From positions 2,713 to 66,712 of the forward strand of contig JBBSGK010000001.1 of assembly GCA_038254115.1 (NCBI GenBank): a stretch of 64,000 bases of DNA, written 5' to 3'. The notes beneath the pieces are model-generated. The model was not told the origin of the DNA. It saw only the letters and a program-made list of their open reading frames with translations, and made no database searches. The translations under genes were made by a program, and so were the position numbers. This document shows positions 37,047 through 46,089 of the stretch, in pieces. The first letter of the stretch is position 1, and each line of letters starts with the position of its first letter. This DNA is from Candidatus Levyibacteriota bacterium (GTDB taxonomy: Bacteria > Patescibacteriota > Microgenomatia > Levybacterales > UBA12049).

Positions 37047-38121
37047 TTGTATCTCCCGGATCCCCGATAACAGAATGCAGGAATAGTAATATTCCGCCTG
37101 TAACCACAGTTAACATAATAAGAGCAAATACCTTACTTTTTGCATCAAGAGTTAACGAAATTAATCCCAATATAGCAGAAAGACACCAATAAAACAACGC
37201 AACTTGCCGCTGAGTGTAGCCAAGTTTTAGCAGATTGTGATGAAGATGCTTATCGTCACCATGAAATGGAGATTTTTTATCGGCAATTCTTCTTATTATA
37301 GTAAAAACAAAGTCTACAAGAGGAACCCCCATGACAAGAACTGCTGTTGCCAGTTTTGCGCTCGAAAGAATAGATACGACTCCCAGTAATAGATATATAC
37401 TTGTCGCTCCGTAGCCCGGAAAAATTTTGGCAGGGTAGAAATTGTACAAAAGAAATCCCATAGAGGCTCCTGCTATAATAAATGACAGTTGCGCATCAAT
37501 TGAATGGCCTTGCCCCGTAGGGTTTAATTTGAGGCTTAAAATTCCAATTACAATTGCTGATATGGCAACAATTCCCGGCATTTGACCATCAACGCCTTTA
37601 CTCCAATTTATCATGTTCATAACCCAGATAAGCCATAGGACTGACAATACATCCGAGAGTAGAAAGTTTAAGATTGGAAGCCTCATAGCGTCTAAATGCA
37701 GGATTCCGCCGCCAAAAGGATTGGTGATAAAATGAATACTTACTCCACTCCCAACAATGATAATAGCTGTGGCAATATTTATCAGAAAACGGAAGTATGG
37801 CGAAACATCTCTCGACTTAGAGTTAAGTTTGTCATCAATTACACCAATAAAAAGGGCAAGAAAAGAGGCCGTGAAAAGAGAAATAGTAATTTTTGTGATT
37901 GGGAGAAAAAATAGTCCCGCAATAAGAATTCCTATGAAAAGCGGTATGCCTCCTCCTCTGGGAACAGCTTTTTTGTGAATCATTGCCGGGTGTTTGTGAA
38001 GTTTTGGATCATCAACAATACCTAGTTTTTTAAGAAAAAAAATAGCAATTGGGGTCGCAAGAGCTGTTCCCGCAAGTGCAGTTAAAAATGGCAGAAAAAA
38101 GAAATCATTGGGAAATGTCAT
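37039..38121 (-). CDS. polyprenyl-phosphate N-acetylhexosamine-1-phosphate transferase (WecA/MraY/TagO family, Glycos_transf_4)
   Basis: …FIGVIDDKLN… is the DD motif. It has 10-11 TM segments, and …VMGVPLVDFVFTIIRR… is typical of the family. It overlaps the UbiA gene by 8 nt. Confidence 0.8.
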   Translation of the reverse strand: MTFPNDFFFLPFLTALAGTALATPIAIFFLKKLGIVDDPKLHKHPAMIHKKAVPRGGGIPLFIGILIAGLFFLPITKITISLFTASFLALFIGVIDDKLNSKSRDVSPYFRFLINIATAIIIVGSGVSIHFITNPFGGGILHLDAMRLPILNFLLSDVLSVLWLIWVMNMINWSKGVDGQMPGIVAISAIVIGILSLKLNPTGQGHSIDAQLSFIIAGASMGFLLYNFYPAKIFPGYGATSIYLLLGVVSILSSAKLATAVLVMGVPLVDFVFTIIRRIADKKSPFHGDDKHLHHNLLKLGYTQRQVALFYWCLSAILGLISLTLDAKSKVFALIMLTVVTGGILLFLHSVIGDPGDTNE

Positions 38122-38537
38122 TATATTAGTAAATATACTGTCCTGACGATAAAAATAAAAGACAAAAGGGATGCTAAAAGTGTAGTGATGCTTAACATGC
38201 GGGAAAGAAGCGGGGTTTTTTTATACAATCGCGCTGATGTTATAAAGTTAATAATTAAAAATAAAATTGCCAGAAGAACAGGAATAAATATTTCCGGTCT
38301 GCTACCAAGTCTTTTTTCTCCCCAGGGTAATTGATTAAAAAGGGGCAGCAGAGGAGGTAGAGAGAAATAATAAATTCCAATAGATATAATTCCAAGTACC
38401 AAAAAAATACCTGAAAGTATCAAGCCCCATCTGGTAATCTTATCTTCTAAAATTAATTTATAAGGTCCTTTCATAAATAACGACGTCATTAAAAACAAAC
38501 CTAGCACCATATTGTGACAGAGAGAAAGGAATTGCAT
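38121..38537 (-). CDS. small polytopic membrane protein; start uncertain, with internal Met candidates at 38510, 38489 and 38474
   Basis: It is hydrophobic with 3-4 TM segments and overlaps the 3' end of the upstream GT39 gene. Confidence 0.4.
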   Translation of the reverse strand: MQFLSLCHNMVLGLFLMTSLFMKGPYKLILEDKITRWGLILSGIFLVLGIISIGIYYFSLPPLLPLFNQLPWGEKRLGSRPEIFIPVLLAILFLIINFITSARLYKKTPLLSRMLSITTLLASLLSFIFIVRTVYLLI

Positions 38538-39960
38538 GGGATTCCGGAAAAGTAATAATATATTTAGGATTTGCAGTATTTAGATCTGATTGAGTTTGTG
38601 AAAAAGCCATTTGAGATTGAGTTATGTGATAGGCAACTGTATATTTGCCAGGAGGAATTTTTCCGGATAGGGCATATATTTGTGCACTGTCTCCCCAAAT
38701 AAATACATTATCCGTGGATGATGTGTGGGTTCTTATGAAGGAGGCAATGTCATAATCACGTGGTGTCTTGTGATCAAAAAAAGTTTGGTAAGAAATTACA
38801 TCTTTTTTGTTCATTAGGAAAGATACGGCATTCTCATAATAACTAACCGATTTTTTTACATTTGGTTTAAAAGTCACGCATAAAATAATGGTTGTAAAGA
38901 TAAGGATTAATAAATAAATAAATTTTTCTCTCTGTTTGTTCACCGTGACCATTAGTCCGATCAGAAGACACAAGCTAGGCGCAGTCACAAGAGTATAGTG
39001 AGTGTATGGACGTCCGGAAAAAAAAGTATTGAAAAGAGAAAAAGCAAACCATATGATAATAAATATTGAAGCCTCGCTCATAAATTTTCTCTTCAAGAAA
39101 ACAAAAAAAGTAACTGATGCAAGCACAAGTAATTTGAGTATTAAAAGCCCCTGAGGAATAATCAATTTATTACCATACCCAACATATCCAACGTTGCTAA
39201 AAAATACAGCGCGTGTAAAATCCGAAAAAGCATGATTGATCAAAAAATATAAAACAGTAACAGATAGAGGAATAATAAAGCCAAATAATAATATGAGAAT
39301 AGGTTTTAGATCTTTTTCAATAAAAGATTTTATTTTAGAAAAAGAATTTGAAAATTTATCCGGGAAACTAACAATGATTAAGAAAAGACAAAATGCTGCC
39401 AGGTCAAAGACAGCAACTATTTTAAACAAAAATGAAACTCCCAATAGTAACCCAGCAAGTATTAGCGTATTGCGAATAGCGTATACCGTATAGTTTTTTA
39501 TTGAAATTTTATAAACTAGGTATCCAGCGGCTATGATTGGTAGCAGCATAAAATTTTCAGCATTGGCAATGTTTCCCTCAAGAAGCGGAGTCCCAAAAAG
39601 TAAAACAAAAAGAATTGTTGAGATTATACTAACTTTTAATTGTTTAAATAGTAATTGGGTAAGTTTAAAAAATACTACTACCGCAAGAAGGCCGCTGATT
39701 AAAGAAAAAAGTCTTACCTGAAATTGGTCACCGTGAAAAAATGCGTAGACGATATATAGAAGAGGGGGTTTGTTGTCCCAAATTTGGGAATAGAGCATAC
39801 GGTTTCTATTCATAGCAAGTCCAATTACCTGATATATTCCTTCGTCGCCATACCAGTTAGGTTCTATAAGAGAGGGAAGACGCAGTATGAAAAAGAATAA
39901 AGATAAAGATAGTAAGTACCAGAAGGATTTGCTTTTTTCTAGAATTTTTAGGGCTTTCAT
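38458..39960 (-). CDS. GT-C fold glycosyltransferase (family 39/83, ArnT/PMT-like), polytopic
   Basis: It has an N-terminal …RLPSLIEPNWYGDEGIY… loop with a DE motif and about 12 TM segments, typical of lipid-linked-sugar-dependent GT-C enzymes. Confidence 0.7.
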   Translation of the reverse strand: MKALKILEKSKSFWYLLSLSLFFFILRLPSLIEPNWYGDEGIYQVIGLAMNRNRMLYSQIWDNKPPLLYIVYAFFHGDQFQVRLFSLISGLLAVVVFFKLTQLLFKQLKVSIISTILFVLLFGTPLLEGNIANAENFMLLPIIAAGYLVYKISIKNYTVYAIRNTLILAGLLLGVSFLFKIVAVFDLAAFCLFLIIVSFPDKFSNSFSKIKSFIEKDLKPILILLFGFIIPLSVTVLYFLINHAFSDFTRAVFFSNVGYVGYGNKLIIPQGLLILKLLVLASVTFFVFLKRKFMSEASIFIIIWFAFSLFNTFFSGRPYTHYTLVTAPSLCLLIGLMVTVNKQREKFIYLLILIFTTIILCVTFKPNVKKSVSYYENAVSFLMNKKDVISYQTFFDHKTPRDYDIASFIRTHTSSTDNVFIWGDSAQIYALSGKIPPGKYTVAYHITQSQMAFSQTQSDLNTANPKYIITFPESHAIPFSLSQYGARFVFNDVVIYERTL

Positions 39961-40006
39961 TTTATTAGGTATCCGACTAAATCAATTTGGCTATAAATAA
40001 AATTCT

Positions 40007-41500
40007 TCAAACCTTTTCAGTTACCTTGTATTCAAGTCTCTTATTAAACATCAACTGAGTATGTGAGATAAGTGCAGGGAGTGAGGAGAGAAAAAATCCA
40101 ACAACTGGCATAAGAAGAAATTCAAAGGGGAAAAGAATCTTTTTGTACAGTGGTAAATGTTCATCTGCAGGTCTATTTTTGTACTCCAAATACATCATCG
40201 CCAATAACGCAACAAGACAAAAATTGAGAATTAAACCAGCCATTCGGGGAAGACTAAACCCCAGTGCAGTCCGTGAATATACGGGATTTATAATTGCCAT
40301 AAGATTTGCTGCAATCGTGATTATAAACCAATTGGCCGGCCAGAGAATGTGATCCAGCAAAACGTGATAAACAATCGCTGTTTTTCTCATAAACGGCATT
40401 TCAGGTACCGTAAACCACCATTTGATAAAAAGGGGATTGTCTGATACGCCCCATGACCAGCGACGTTCCTGGATGTATTTATTTTTGAGGCTTTTCATGT
40501 AGCTGGTTGACTGGGCCGCATCCATAGATGTTTTTAAGAATATCGGCTCTACCCATATATTACCTTTTTTCATAAAAAATGATTTAAAAAATATTCGGTA
40601 ATCCTCAGGAATTACGTCAGTATCCCAATAGCCAACCTCGCGTAAAAGCTTGAATGAAAGCGAATATGTTGATTGCGTGATGAGTCTATCTCCTTGGACT
40701 AAGAGAGCTATGCGCCAGAGACTTCCAAAGAATGAAAGGATTCGGGTGGGGGCCGGAATCTGCCAGGTGTTATTGTAAAAAACAACCGCCGACTGCCAAA
40801 ATTTATTATAACGCTTGTTATCACCAAGAAATTTATAAGTTAGATAGGAAAAATATTCTTTGTGAAACAAAGAATCAGCGTCAACCGATGAAACAGTTGT
40901 ATAATCCAAATCAAGGCTGCCATTGTGAAATAATTTTTCATATGCGGCCCGTCCAGCGTATGCTTCATTTGATGATTTACCTTTTGTTTCACCTGCAACA
41001 TCCGGATGATAGGTTGCGAAGATACTTCCAAAGATATGACTGAATTCTTTGATTAAAATTGCTGCCCGTTCTTTTGCCTCCGGTTCCCGTTCCTCCATTG
41101 CCAGCACTATATGTAAATTTTTTCTTGGGAATGATTGATTAGCAAGTACATTAAGTGTCACTCTTACTTTTTCGGCCTTTTCTTTGTAGTTGGGAATTAT
41201 TAGTACATGATGTACCTTTAGGACATCTGGAAACTTTTTTGCTCTCTCAAACCAATTTTCTTTTTCTGCAACTTTAATTCTTTTTGATGCCAAATAAGCA
41301 GTACGTACCAAAGAGAAAGACTTAAAAAGCCAGTAAACATCAAAGAAAAGAATGAAGTAGGCAAGAAGCGTTGGGATAAAAAAAGATCCCCAAAGAGGGA
41401 AAAGAATAACTGTCCAAGCTATAAATCCCGGAAAGACTTCCAAAGCTCTCCGCGTTTTTATTGGATATTTTGTAAATATCTTATTGAAGAAGTTTGTCAT
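40007..41500 (-). CDS. membrane glycosyltransferase family 2 (processive cellulose/chitin-synthase-like)
   Basis: It has TM helices at the N- and C-termini, a GT-A catalytic core with …VDADS… and the Q-x-x-R-W motif (QERRWSWG). Confidence 0.7.
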   Translation of the reverse strand: MTNFFNKIFTKYPIKTRRALEVFPGFIAWTVILFPLWGSFFIPTLLAYFILFFDVYWLFKSFSLVRTAYLASKRIKVAEKENWFERAKKFPDVLKVHHVLIIPNYKEKAEKVRVTLNVLANQSFPRKNLHIVLAMEEREPEAKERAAILIKEFSHIFGSIFATYHPDVAGETKGKSSNEAYAGRAAYEKLFHNGSLDLDYTTVSSVDADSLFHKEYFSYLTYKFLGDNKRYNKFWQSAVVFYNNTWQIPAPTRILSFFGSLWRIALLVQGDRLITQSTYSLSFKLLREVGYWDTDVIPEDYRIFFKSFFMKKGNIWVEPIFLKTSMDAAQSTSYMKSLKNKYIQERRWSWGVSDNPLFIKWWFTVPEMPFMRKTAIVYHVLLDHILWPANWFIITIAANLMAIINPVYSRTALGFSLPRMAGLILNFCLVALLAMMYLEYKNRPADEHLPLYKKILFPFEFLLMPVVGFFLSSLPALISHTQLMFNKRLEYKVTEKV

Positions 41501-41510
41501 AAGTAAAAAT

Positions 41511-42317
41511 TTATTTTAACCGGTTAAAGAAACTAAAAATATTTTTGTCTGTTTGCTCAACCAATTTTTCAAACGATATACCTTTTAATTTGCTCAAGAA
41601 TTCTGCTGTAATTATAGCATGTTTGGGCTCATTACGCTTTCCGCGAAAAGGAATGGGTGTGAGATAGGGACTGTCTGTTTCAATAACGATCCGCTCAAGA
41701 GGGGTAAGTTTGGCCAGCTCGGAAAGAGAAACGGTTTCACCCGGCGCTAAGCCTTTATACGTTATGTTCCCGTCAAATCCTATACAAAAACCCATCTGCA
41801 AAGCCGCTTTTAGAGTTTCCGTGTCTCCTGCAAAACAATGGAACATACCTGGTTTATTCAGCAACAAATGTTGATGAGATTTTAAAATTTCAATAATATC
41901 GTGCCCTGCATGGCGGTTATGAATTTGAAGAGGCAATTTTAGTTGATGCGCTAGCTCTATCTGATCAATAAACATTTTTTTCTGTAAAACTGGATCTACA
42001 ATGTCGTTTGATTGATACGAATAATAATCCAATCCTATCTCCCCAATTGCCAAGACTTTTTTGTTTTGGGCGAGTTTTTTTAGTCTTTCGATCCAATCTG
42101 ATTCGAGGTTGTGTTTGTCTGCATGATGCGGATGGACGCCAACAATTGCGTAAAGCTCAGGATATTTTTCAGCAAATTCTACCGCTTTTTGGCTTGATTC
42201 TACGCGGGTTCCGACATTAATTATTCTTGTAATTCCCGCCGCGAATGCATCTTGAATAACTTTCTTGTAATCATTTTCAAAAGCCTCAAACTGAAGGTGG
42301 CAATGAACGTCGATCAT
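41511..42317 (-). CDS. tatD: TatD family metal-dependent hydrolase / DNase
   Basis: MIDVHCHL…, …VGVHPHHA… and …IGEIGLDY… are TatD motifs. Confidence 0.85.
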   Translation of the reverse strand: MIDVHCHLQFEAFENDYKKVIQDAFAAGITRIINVGTRVESSQKAVEFAEKYPELYAIVGVHPHHADKHNLESDWIERLKKLAQNKKVLAIGEIGLDYYSYQSNDIVDPVLQKKMFIDQIELAHQLKLPLQIHNRHAGHDIIEILKSHQHLLLNKPGMFHCFAGDTETLKAALQMGFCIGFDGNITYKGLAPGETVSLSELAKLTPLERIVIETDSPYLTPIPFRGKRNEPKHAIITAEFLSKLKGISFEKLVEQTDKNIFSFFNRLK

Positions 42318-43756
42318 GTTATTCTTGGAAATAGCGGAGTTTGACTTTTGATTTTTGGGCCTTTGAATTGTTCGATAATACTTTCCGAAGTTGCGGGCAT
42401 AAAAGGTTGAAGAAGAATTGCAATTTCCTGAATCTGGTCAACGCAGTGGGCAAGTACACTTTTTGTCCGCTCCGGGTCTGTTTTTAATAATTGCCACGGT
42501 TTTTCACTTTGTATGTATTGATCGACCTTTGTGATTTTTTTCCACAGAAAGGAAAGCGCATCATTAAATTTATATTCAGAAAGTGCTTTTATATAAGTAT
42601 CATCCGTCAGTATATGTTCAGTTGTTTTGTTTTTTGATCCAGTTTCTGTGTAGTCAGTTGTTTCGCACAATTTGGCAACACGGGCGACAAGATTTCCCAG
42701 CCCATTGGCAAGATCTGCGTTATAAACTTCTTTAAAGCGTGAAAGAGTAAAGTCTCCGTCATCAAATGCGGGAATCTCGCGAAGTAAATAATAACGCAGC
42801 GCATCTGTTCCATATTCTTTCACAAGATCAAATGGATTAACTACATTTCCAATACTTTTACTCATTTTTTGGCCCCCGCTATTTATAAAACCATGAATCA
42901 ATATTTGTCTTGATGGTTCAATTCCGGCTGACATAAGCATTGCCTGCCACATGGCGGACTGTTGCCTGAGATTATCTTTTCCTGCGAGCTGAATAACCGG
43001 CCAATATTGCCCGAATCTTTCTAAATCCTCAGGCCAGCCGATTGCCGAAATATAATTAACCAGCGCATCAAACCACACATACATTACATGGTCATCATCA
43101 CCAGGAACAGGTACGCCCCATGGCATCTTGTTTTTAAGTCTTGAGATACTGAAATCTTCAAGGCCTCGTTTTACAAATGATTTTATTTCATTGAAACGGA
43201 AATCAGGAAGTACAAAATCCGGTCTTTTTCTATATAGTTCCAAAAGAGGTTTTTGGTATTTAGAGAACCGGAAAAAATAATTCTCCTCATCAATTATTTC
43301 TATTTCAGCATTTGGATGTATCGGACAGCGTCCCTCAACAAGTTCGGAGTCTGTTTTTTCCAGTTCACAGCCAACGCAGTATTTTACTTTATACGCCTTT
43401 TTATAAATATCGTCACTTTCAAGGCATCTTTTCCAGAACTCCTGTGCTGCTTTCTTGTGAAATGGAGCAGTAGTTCTTATGAAATTGACATCCTCTACCA
43501 ATCCCAAAGCGCCTTTGAGATCTTTAAATTTTTCTGCATACTCATCAACATATTTCTGTGTATCTTTTTTACTTTCCTGGGCCTTTCTGTGGATTTTGAG
43601 TCCGTGTTCATCAGTCCCTGTATTGAAAAAAACATCATTTCCAAGAGATCTTAAGTAACGGACATTTGTATCTGCTTGGACCAACTCAAGCGCAAAACCA
43701 ATATGGGGCTCAGCATTGACATATGGAAGAGTGGTGGTAATATAAAATTTACTCAT
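42314..43756 (-). CDS. metG: methionyl-tRNA synthetase
   Basis: …TTLPYVNAEPHIGFA… is the HIGH motif, with a CxxC knuckle and a KMSKS motif. Its stop overlaps the tatD start (ATGA). Confidence 0.9.
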   Translation of the reverse strand: MSKFYITTTLPYVNAEPHIGFALELVQADTNVRYLRSLGNDVFFNTGTDEHGLKIHRKAQESKKDTQKYVDEYAEKFKDLKGALGLVEDVNFIRTTAPFHKKAAQEFWKRCLESDDIYKKAYKVKYCVGCELEKTDSELVEGRCPIHPNAEIEIIDEENYFFRFSKYQKPLLELYRKRPDFVLPDFRFNEIKSFVKRGLEDFSISRLKNKMPWGVPVPGDDDHVMYVWFDALVNYISAIGWPEDLERFGQYWPVIQLAGKDNLRQQSAMWQAMLMSAGIEPSRQILIHGFINSGGQKMSKSIGNVVNPFDLVKEYGTDALRYYLLREIPAFDDGDFTLSRFKEVYNADLANGLGNLVARVAKLCETTDYTETGSKNKTTEHILTDDTYIKALSEYKFNDALSFLWKKITKVDQYIQSEKPWQLLKTDPERTKSVLAHCVDQIQEIAILLQPFMPATSESIIEQFKGPKIKSQTPLFPRIT

Positions 43757-43825
43757 AGGTTCATGAAAATTGTATCAGAGGCAGGGAAGTTAGACAAGGT
43801 TTATGCCGCAGTTTTTCTAGAAAAG

Positions 43826-44002
43826 TTACTTTGACTGTAATCTTCTATCTTGTTTTTGTAATTTATCCTCTAATTCTGCTCTGCGCTCAAATAAAACAGT
43901 TGGAACAGTTGCCCCAGTCCTTTTGAGGTTTCTTTCTCTTCTTCTGTTTTTTTTAAGCTCTTGTAATGTTTGGCTATATCTACGTCTCTCTTTGTCAGTC
44001 AT
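43826..44002 (-). CDS. possible small basic protein (58 aa), below the ORF-track size cutoff
   Basis: The translation is MTDKERRRYSQTLQELKKNRRRERNLKRTGATVPTVLFERRAELEDKLQKQDRRLQSK. It lies between a minus-strand terminator and metG and has no recognised family. Confidence 0.25.
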   Translation of the reverse strand: MTDKERRRYSQTLQELKKNRRRERNLKRTGATVPTVLFERRAELEDKLQKQDRRLQSK

Positions 44003-44070
44003 TTGTTATTTATTTAATTTTTTATAAGATTAAAAAATCTTCATCAAATTTGTTTGTTTTGAGATTAAGC

Positions 44071-44094
44071 AAAAAAACTCCCCAAAAGGGAGTT
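44071..44094 (-). terminator. rho-independent terminator (minus strand)
   Basis: The minus strand reads AACTCCC-TTTT-GGGGAGTTTTTTT: a perfect 7-bp stem with a T7 tail. Confidence 0.65.
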
Positions 44095-44343
44095 ATTAGT
44101 TATTTCCTTACGTATTTCTACGTGGCTAATCCTTCCCGTATGGGTTTGGGTTTAGCACCGTTTCCCGATTTAATCAGGATCGGTTGCTGGATGGGTCATC
44201 GAGCCAAAACTCTTACCATCACTCTTGATTAAATTTATAATATCATACACTTTGGTCTATGACAATAGGCTAAAGTATATGTTTTGATATTTGTTATCTG
44301 AAATTTGCAACAGTTGAGTTGCTTACTACTGAGTTCAAAAGTA

Positions 44344-44712
44344 TTAAATTTTTACTTCAGGATCATTGAGGGAGCTTGGCCACATAGCCGGATCGCCGTG
44401 GATATTTTGTGTCGTACTGACGAGGACAGCCTTTTCTGACGGATTGTGGTTTGATACCCGGAGCCGGTCTTCGTAGACTCTTCTCGCAAATTTTTGAAGC
44501 TGGTAAGCTTTTGGTTCACCTGTCATTCCATCAAAGTGTTTTTGTATCGCTTCCTTTGTAGCCCAAACCTCATAATTCCGGACAGGTTTATTGTCCTCGC
44601 CAACATGCCCAATGCTCATTTTGTATAGATTGCCTTTGGGACTGTACTTCATGCCACGGCTCACATTTATGGTTCCACGGGGCGGTAATGGTTGAAGAAC
44701 TCCAATATTCAT
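44344..44712 (-). CDS. hypothetical protein
   Basis: It is a 122-aa ORF divergent from hrcA with no recognised motifs. Confidence 0.45.
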   Translation of the reverse strand: MNIGVLQPLPPRGTINVSRGMKYSPKGNLYKMSIGHVGEDNKPVRNYEVWATKEAIQKHFDGMTGEPKAYQLQKFARRVYEDRLRVSNHNPSEKAVLVSTTQNIHGDPAMWPSSLNDPEVKI

Positions 44713-44752
44713 ACAAGTATTTTTCTTAGTTTAGCGTATCACATTATCTTGG

Positions 44753-44791
44753 ACTTGACAAGATTTGGCACTCATGGTATATTATTGCTAA
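44753..44791 (+). promoter_or_regulatory. sigma-A-type promoter (TTGACA-N17-TATATT) overlapping a CIRCE-like HrcA operator
   Basis: TTGGCACTC-N9-TATTGCTAA (44765-44791) resembles the CIRCE consensus TTAGCACTC-N9-GAGTGCTAA. The TTGACA at 44753 and TATATT at about 44776 would drive hrcA. Confidence 0.5.
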
Positions 44792-44805
44792 TCCAAATTA
44801 AGTTT

Positions 44806-45537
44806 ATGCATAATCTAACTCAACGCCAAATTGAAATTCTCAAAAGTATCATTGAGGAATACATCGAATCTGCAGAAGCGGTAGGATCTGAAACTATTGA
44901 GAAAAAACATAGTGTTAGCGCCAGTCCGGCAACAATCCGAAATGAAATGGTAAAGCTTGCAGAATATGGATACATCAAAAAACCGCATTCATCAGCTGGG
45001 CGTGTTCCGACAGGTTCGGGGCTTAAATTCTATGTACGTGAGCTGATGAAGGAAAAAGAGCTTTCAACCGTTGAAGAAGTTGCACTGAAAGAAAAAGTTT
45101 GGGATTACCGCGATAAAATGCAGCGTTTTTTGAAAGAAACAACAAAGTCTCTAGCTACCAAAACCAATGCCCTGGCAATAGCAACTACCAATGAGGGGGA
45201 TATATTTTGCTCCGGCTATGCAAATATTCTGGAAATGCCGGAATTTTTTGATATCGATGTCACAAAGAATTTACTCGAGGCGCTGGATGAATATGATTGT
45301 TTTGAAAATATTTTTGCAAATACACAGGGCGGTTCGGAGATTCATGTTTTGATTGAAGATGAGCTTGGAGATAGCCTGCAAGGACCTTATGGATTTATCT
45401 TCACCGAATATGCAACACCTTTAAATATTCAGGGCAGAATTGGAGTATTGGGGCCGGCTAGACTTGCATATACCTCGATAATTCCAACTGTGCGTTATTT
45501 TGGAGAAATGATTAGAGAGAGCGCTAAGGGGTGGTAA
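44806..45537 (+). CDS. hrcA: heat-inducible transcription repressor HrcA
   Basis: MHNLTQRQIEILKSIIEEYIESAEAVGSETI… is a winged-helix N-terminus. The ORF track's N-terminal extension 44692- covers the promoter and is unlikely. Confidence 0.85.
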   Translation: MHNLTQRQIEILKSIIEEYIESAEAVGSETIEKKHSVSASPATIRNEMVKLAEYGYIKKPHSSAGRVPTGSGLKFYVRELMKEKELSTVEEVALKEKVWDYRDKMQRFLKETTKSLATKTNALAIATTNEGDIFCSGYANILEMPEFFDIDVTKNLLEALDEYDCFENIFANTQGGSEIHVLIEDELGDSLQGPYGFIFTEYATPLNIQGRIGVLGPARLAYTSIIPTVRYFGEMIRESAKGW

Positions 45538-45570
45538 TTCTGCAAAGCAGAATACTAATAACTAATAACA

Positions 45571-46083
45571 ATGACAAAGAAAAATGAAAAGAAAATAGAA
45601 GATATAGATGGAGCAGACGAGATTGATTCAGACGCAATTGTGGAAGAAGCAGGTGAAGAAGGTGATTCGGAAAGTGAAGATTTAAGGGTAAAGCTTGTGG
45701 AATTTGACAATAACTATAAAAGAGCGCTTGCAGATTATCAAAATTTGCAGAAACGGGTAAGTGAGGAAAGACGGGATTTGATATTGGCAGCGAACAAAGA
45801 TTTGCTCTTGCGAATTTTATCAGTTTTGGATACACTAGTACTTGCAAATCATCACGACGGAAGTGAAGGTTTGAAAGTCGCTATCAAGCAATTTTTGGAT
45901 GTATTGAAAGCGGAGGGAGTAACACAAATAGAAACGGCCGGAAAAGAGTTTGATCCTCATCTGATGGAGGCAGTAGCAATTGACTCAGGAGAAGAGAATA
46001 AAGTCTTAGAAGAAATGCGCTCAGGATTTGTATTGAATGAAAAGGTTTTGCGTCCGGCGCAAGTAAAGGTAGGAAAGGAATAA
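45571..46083 (+). CDS. grpE: nucleotide exchange factor GrpE
   Basis: It has an acidic N-terminus, a coiled coil …YKRALADYQNLQKR… and a GrpE C-terminal beta domain. Confidence 0.85.
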   Translation: MTKKNEKKIEDIDGADEIDSDAIVEEAGEEGDSESEDLRVKLVEFDNNYKRALADYQNLQKRVSEERRDLILAANKDLLLRILSVLDTLVLANHHDGSEGLKVAIKQFLDVLKAEGVTQIETAGKEFDPHLMEAVAIDSGEENKVLEEMRSGFVLNEKVLRPAQVKVGKE

Positions 46084-46089
46084 AATAAT

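Noticed and set aside
44110-44165. Possible SRP (4.5S/ffs) RNA on the minus strand: CGGTGCT…CGGGAAGGATTAGCCAC resembles GGUGCU…CCGGAAGGAAGCAGCCA of domain IV
   Set aside because: The putative 5' strand (AAACCCAAACCCAUAC) has no G residues and cannot pair with the GGAUUAGCC strand, so helix 8 cannot form. The resemblance is likely coincidental.
43966-44232. 88-aa plus-strand ORF in the metG-hrcA spacer
   Set aside because: It has a low-complexity hydrophobic translation, spans a terminator hairpin and has no start context. It is better explained as noncoding.
44003-44235. T-box leader upstream of metG
   Set aside because: No T-box consensus (AGGGUGGNACCGCG) lies next to the terminator's 5' arm, and no specifier-loop context was recognised.
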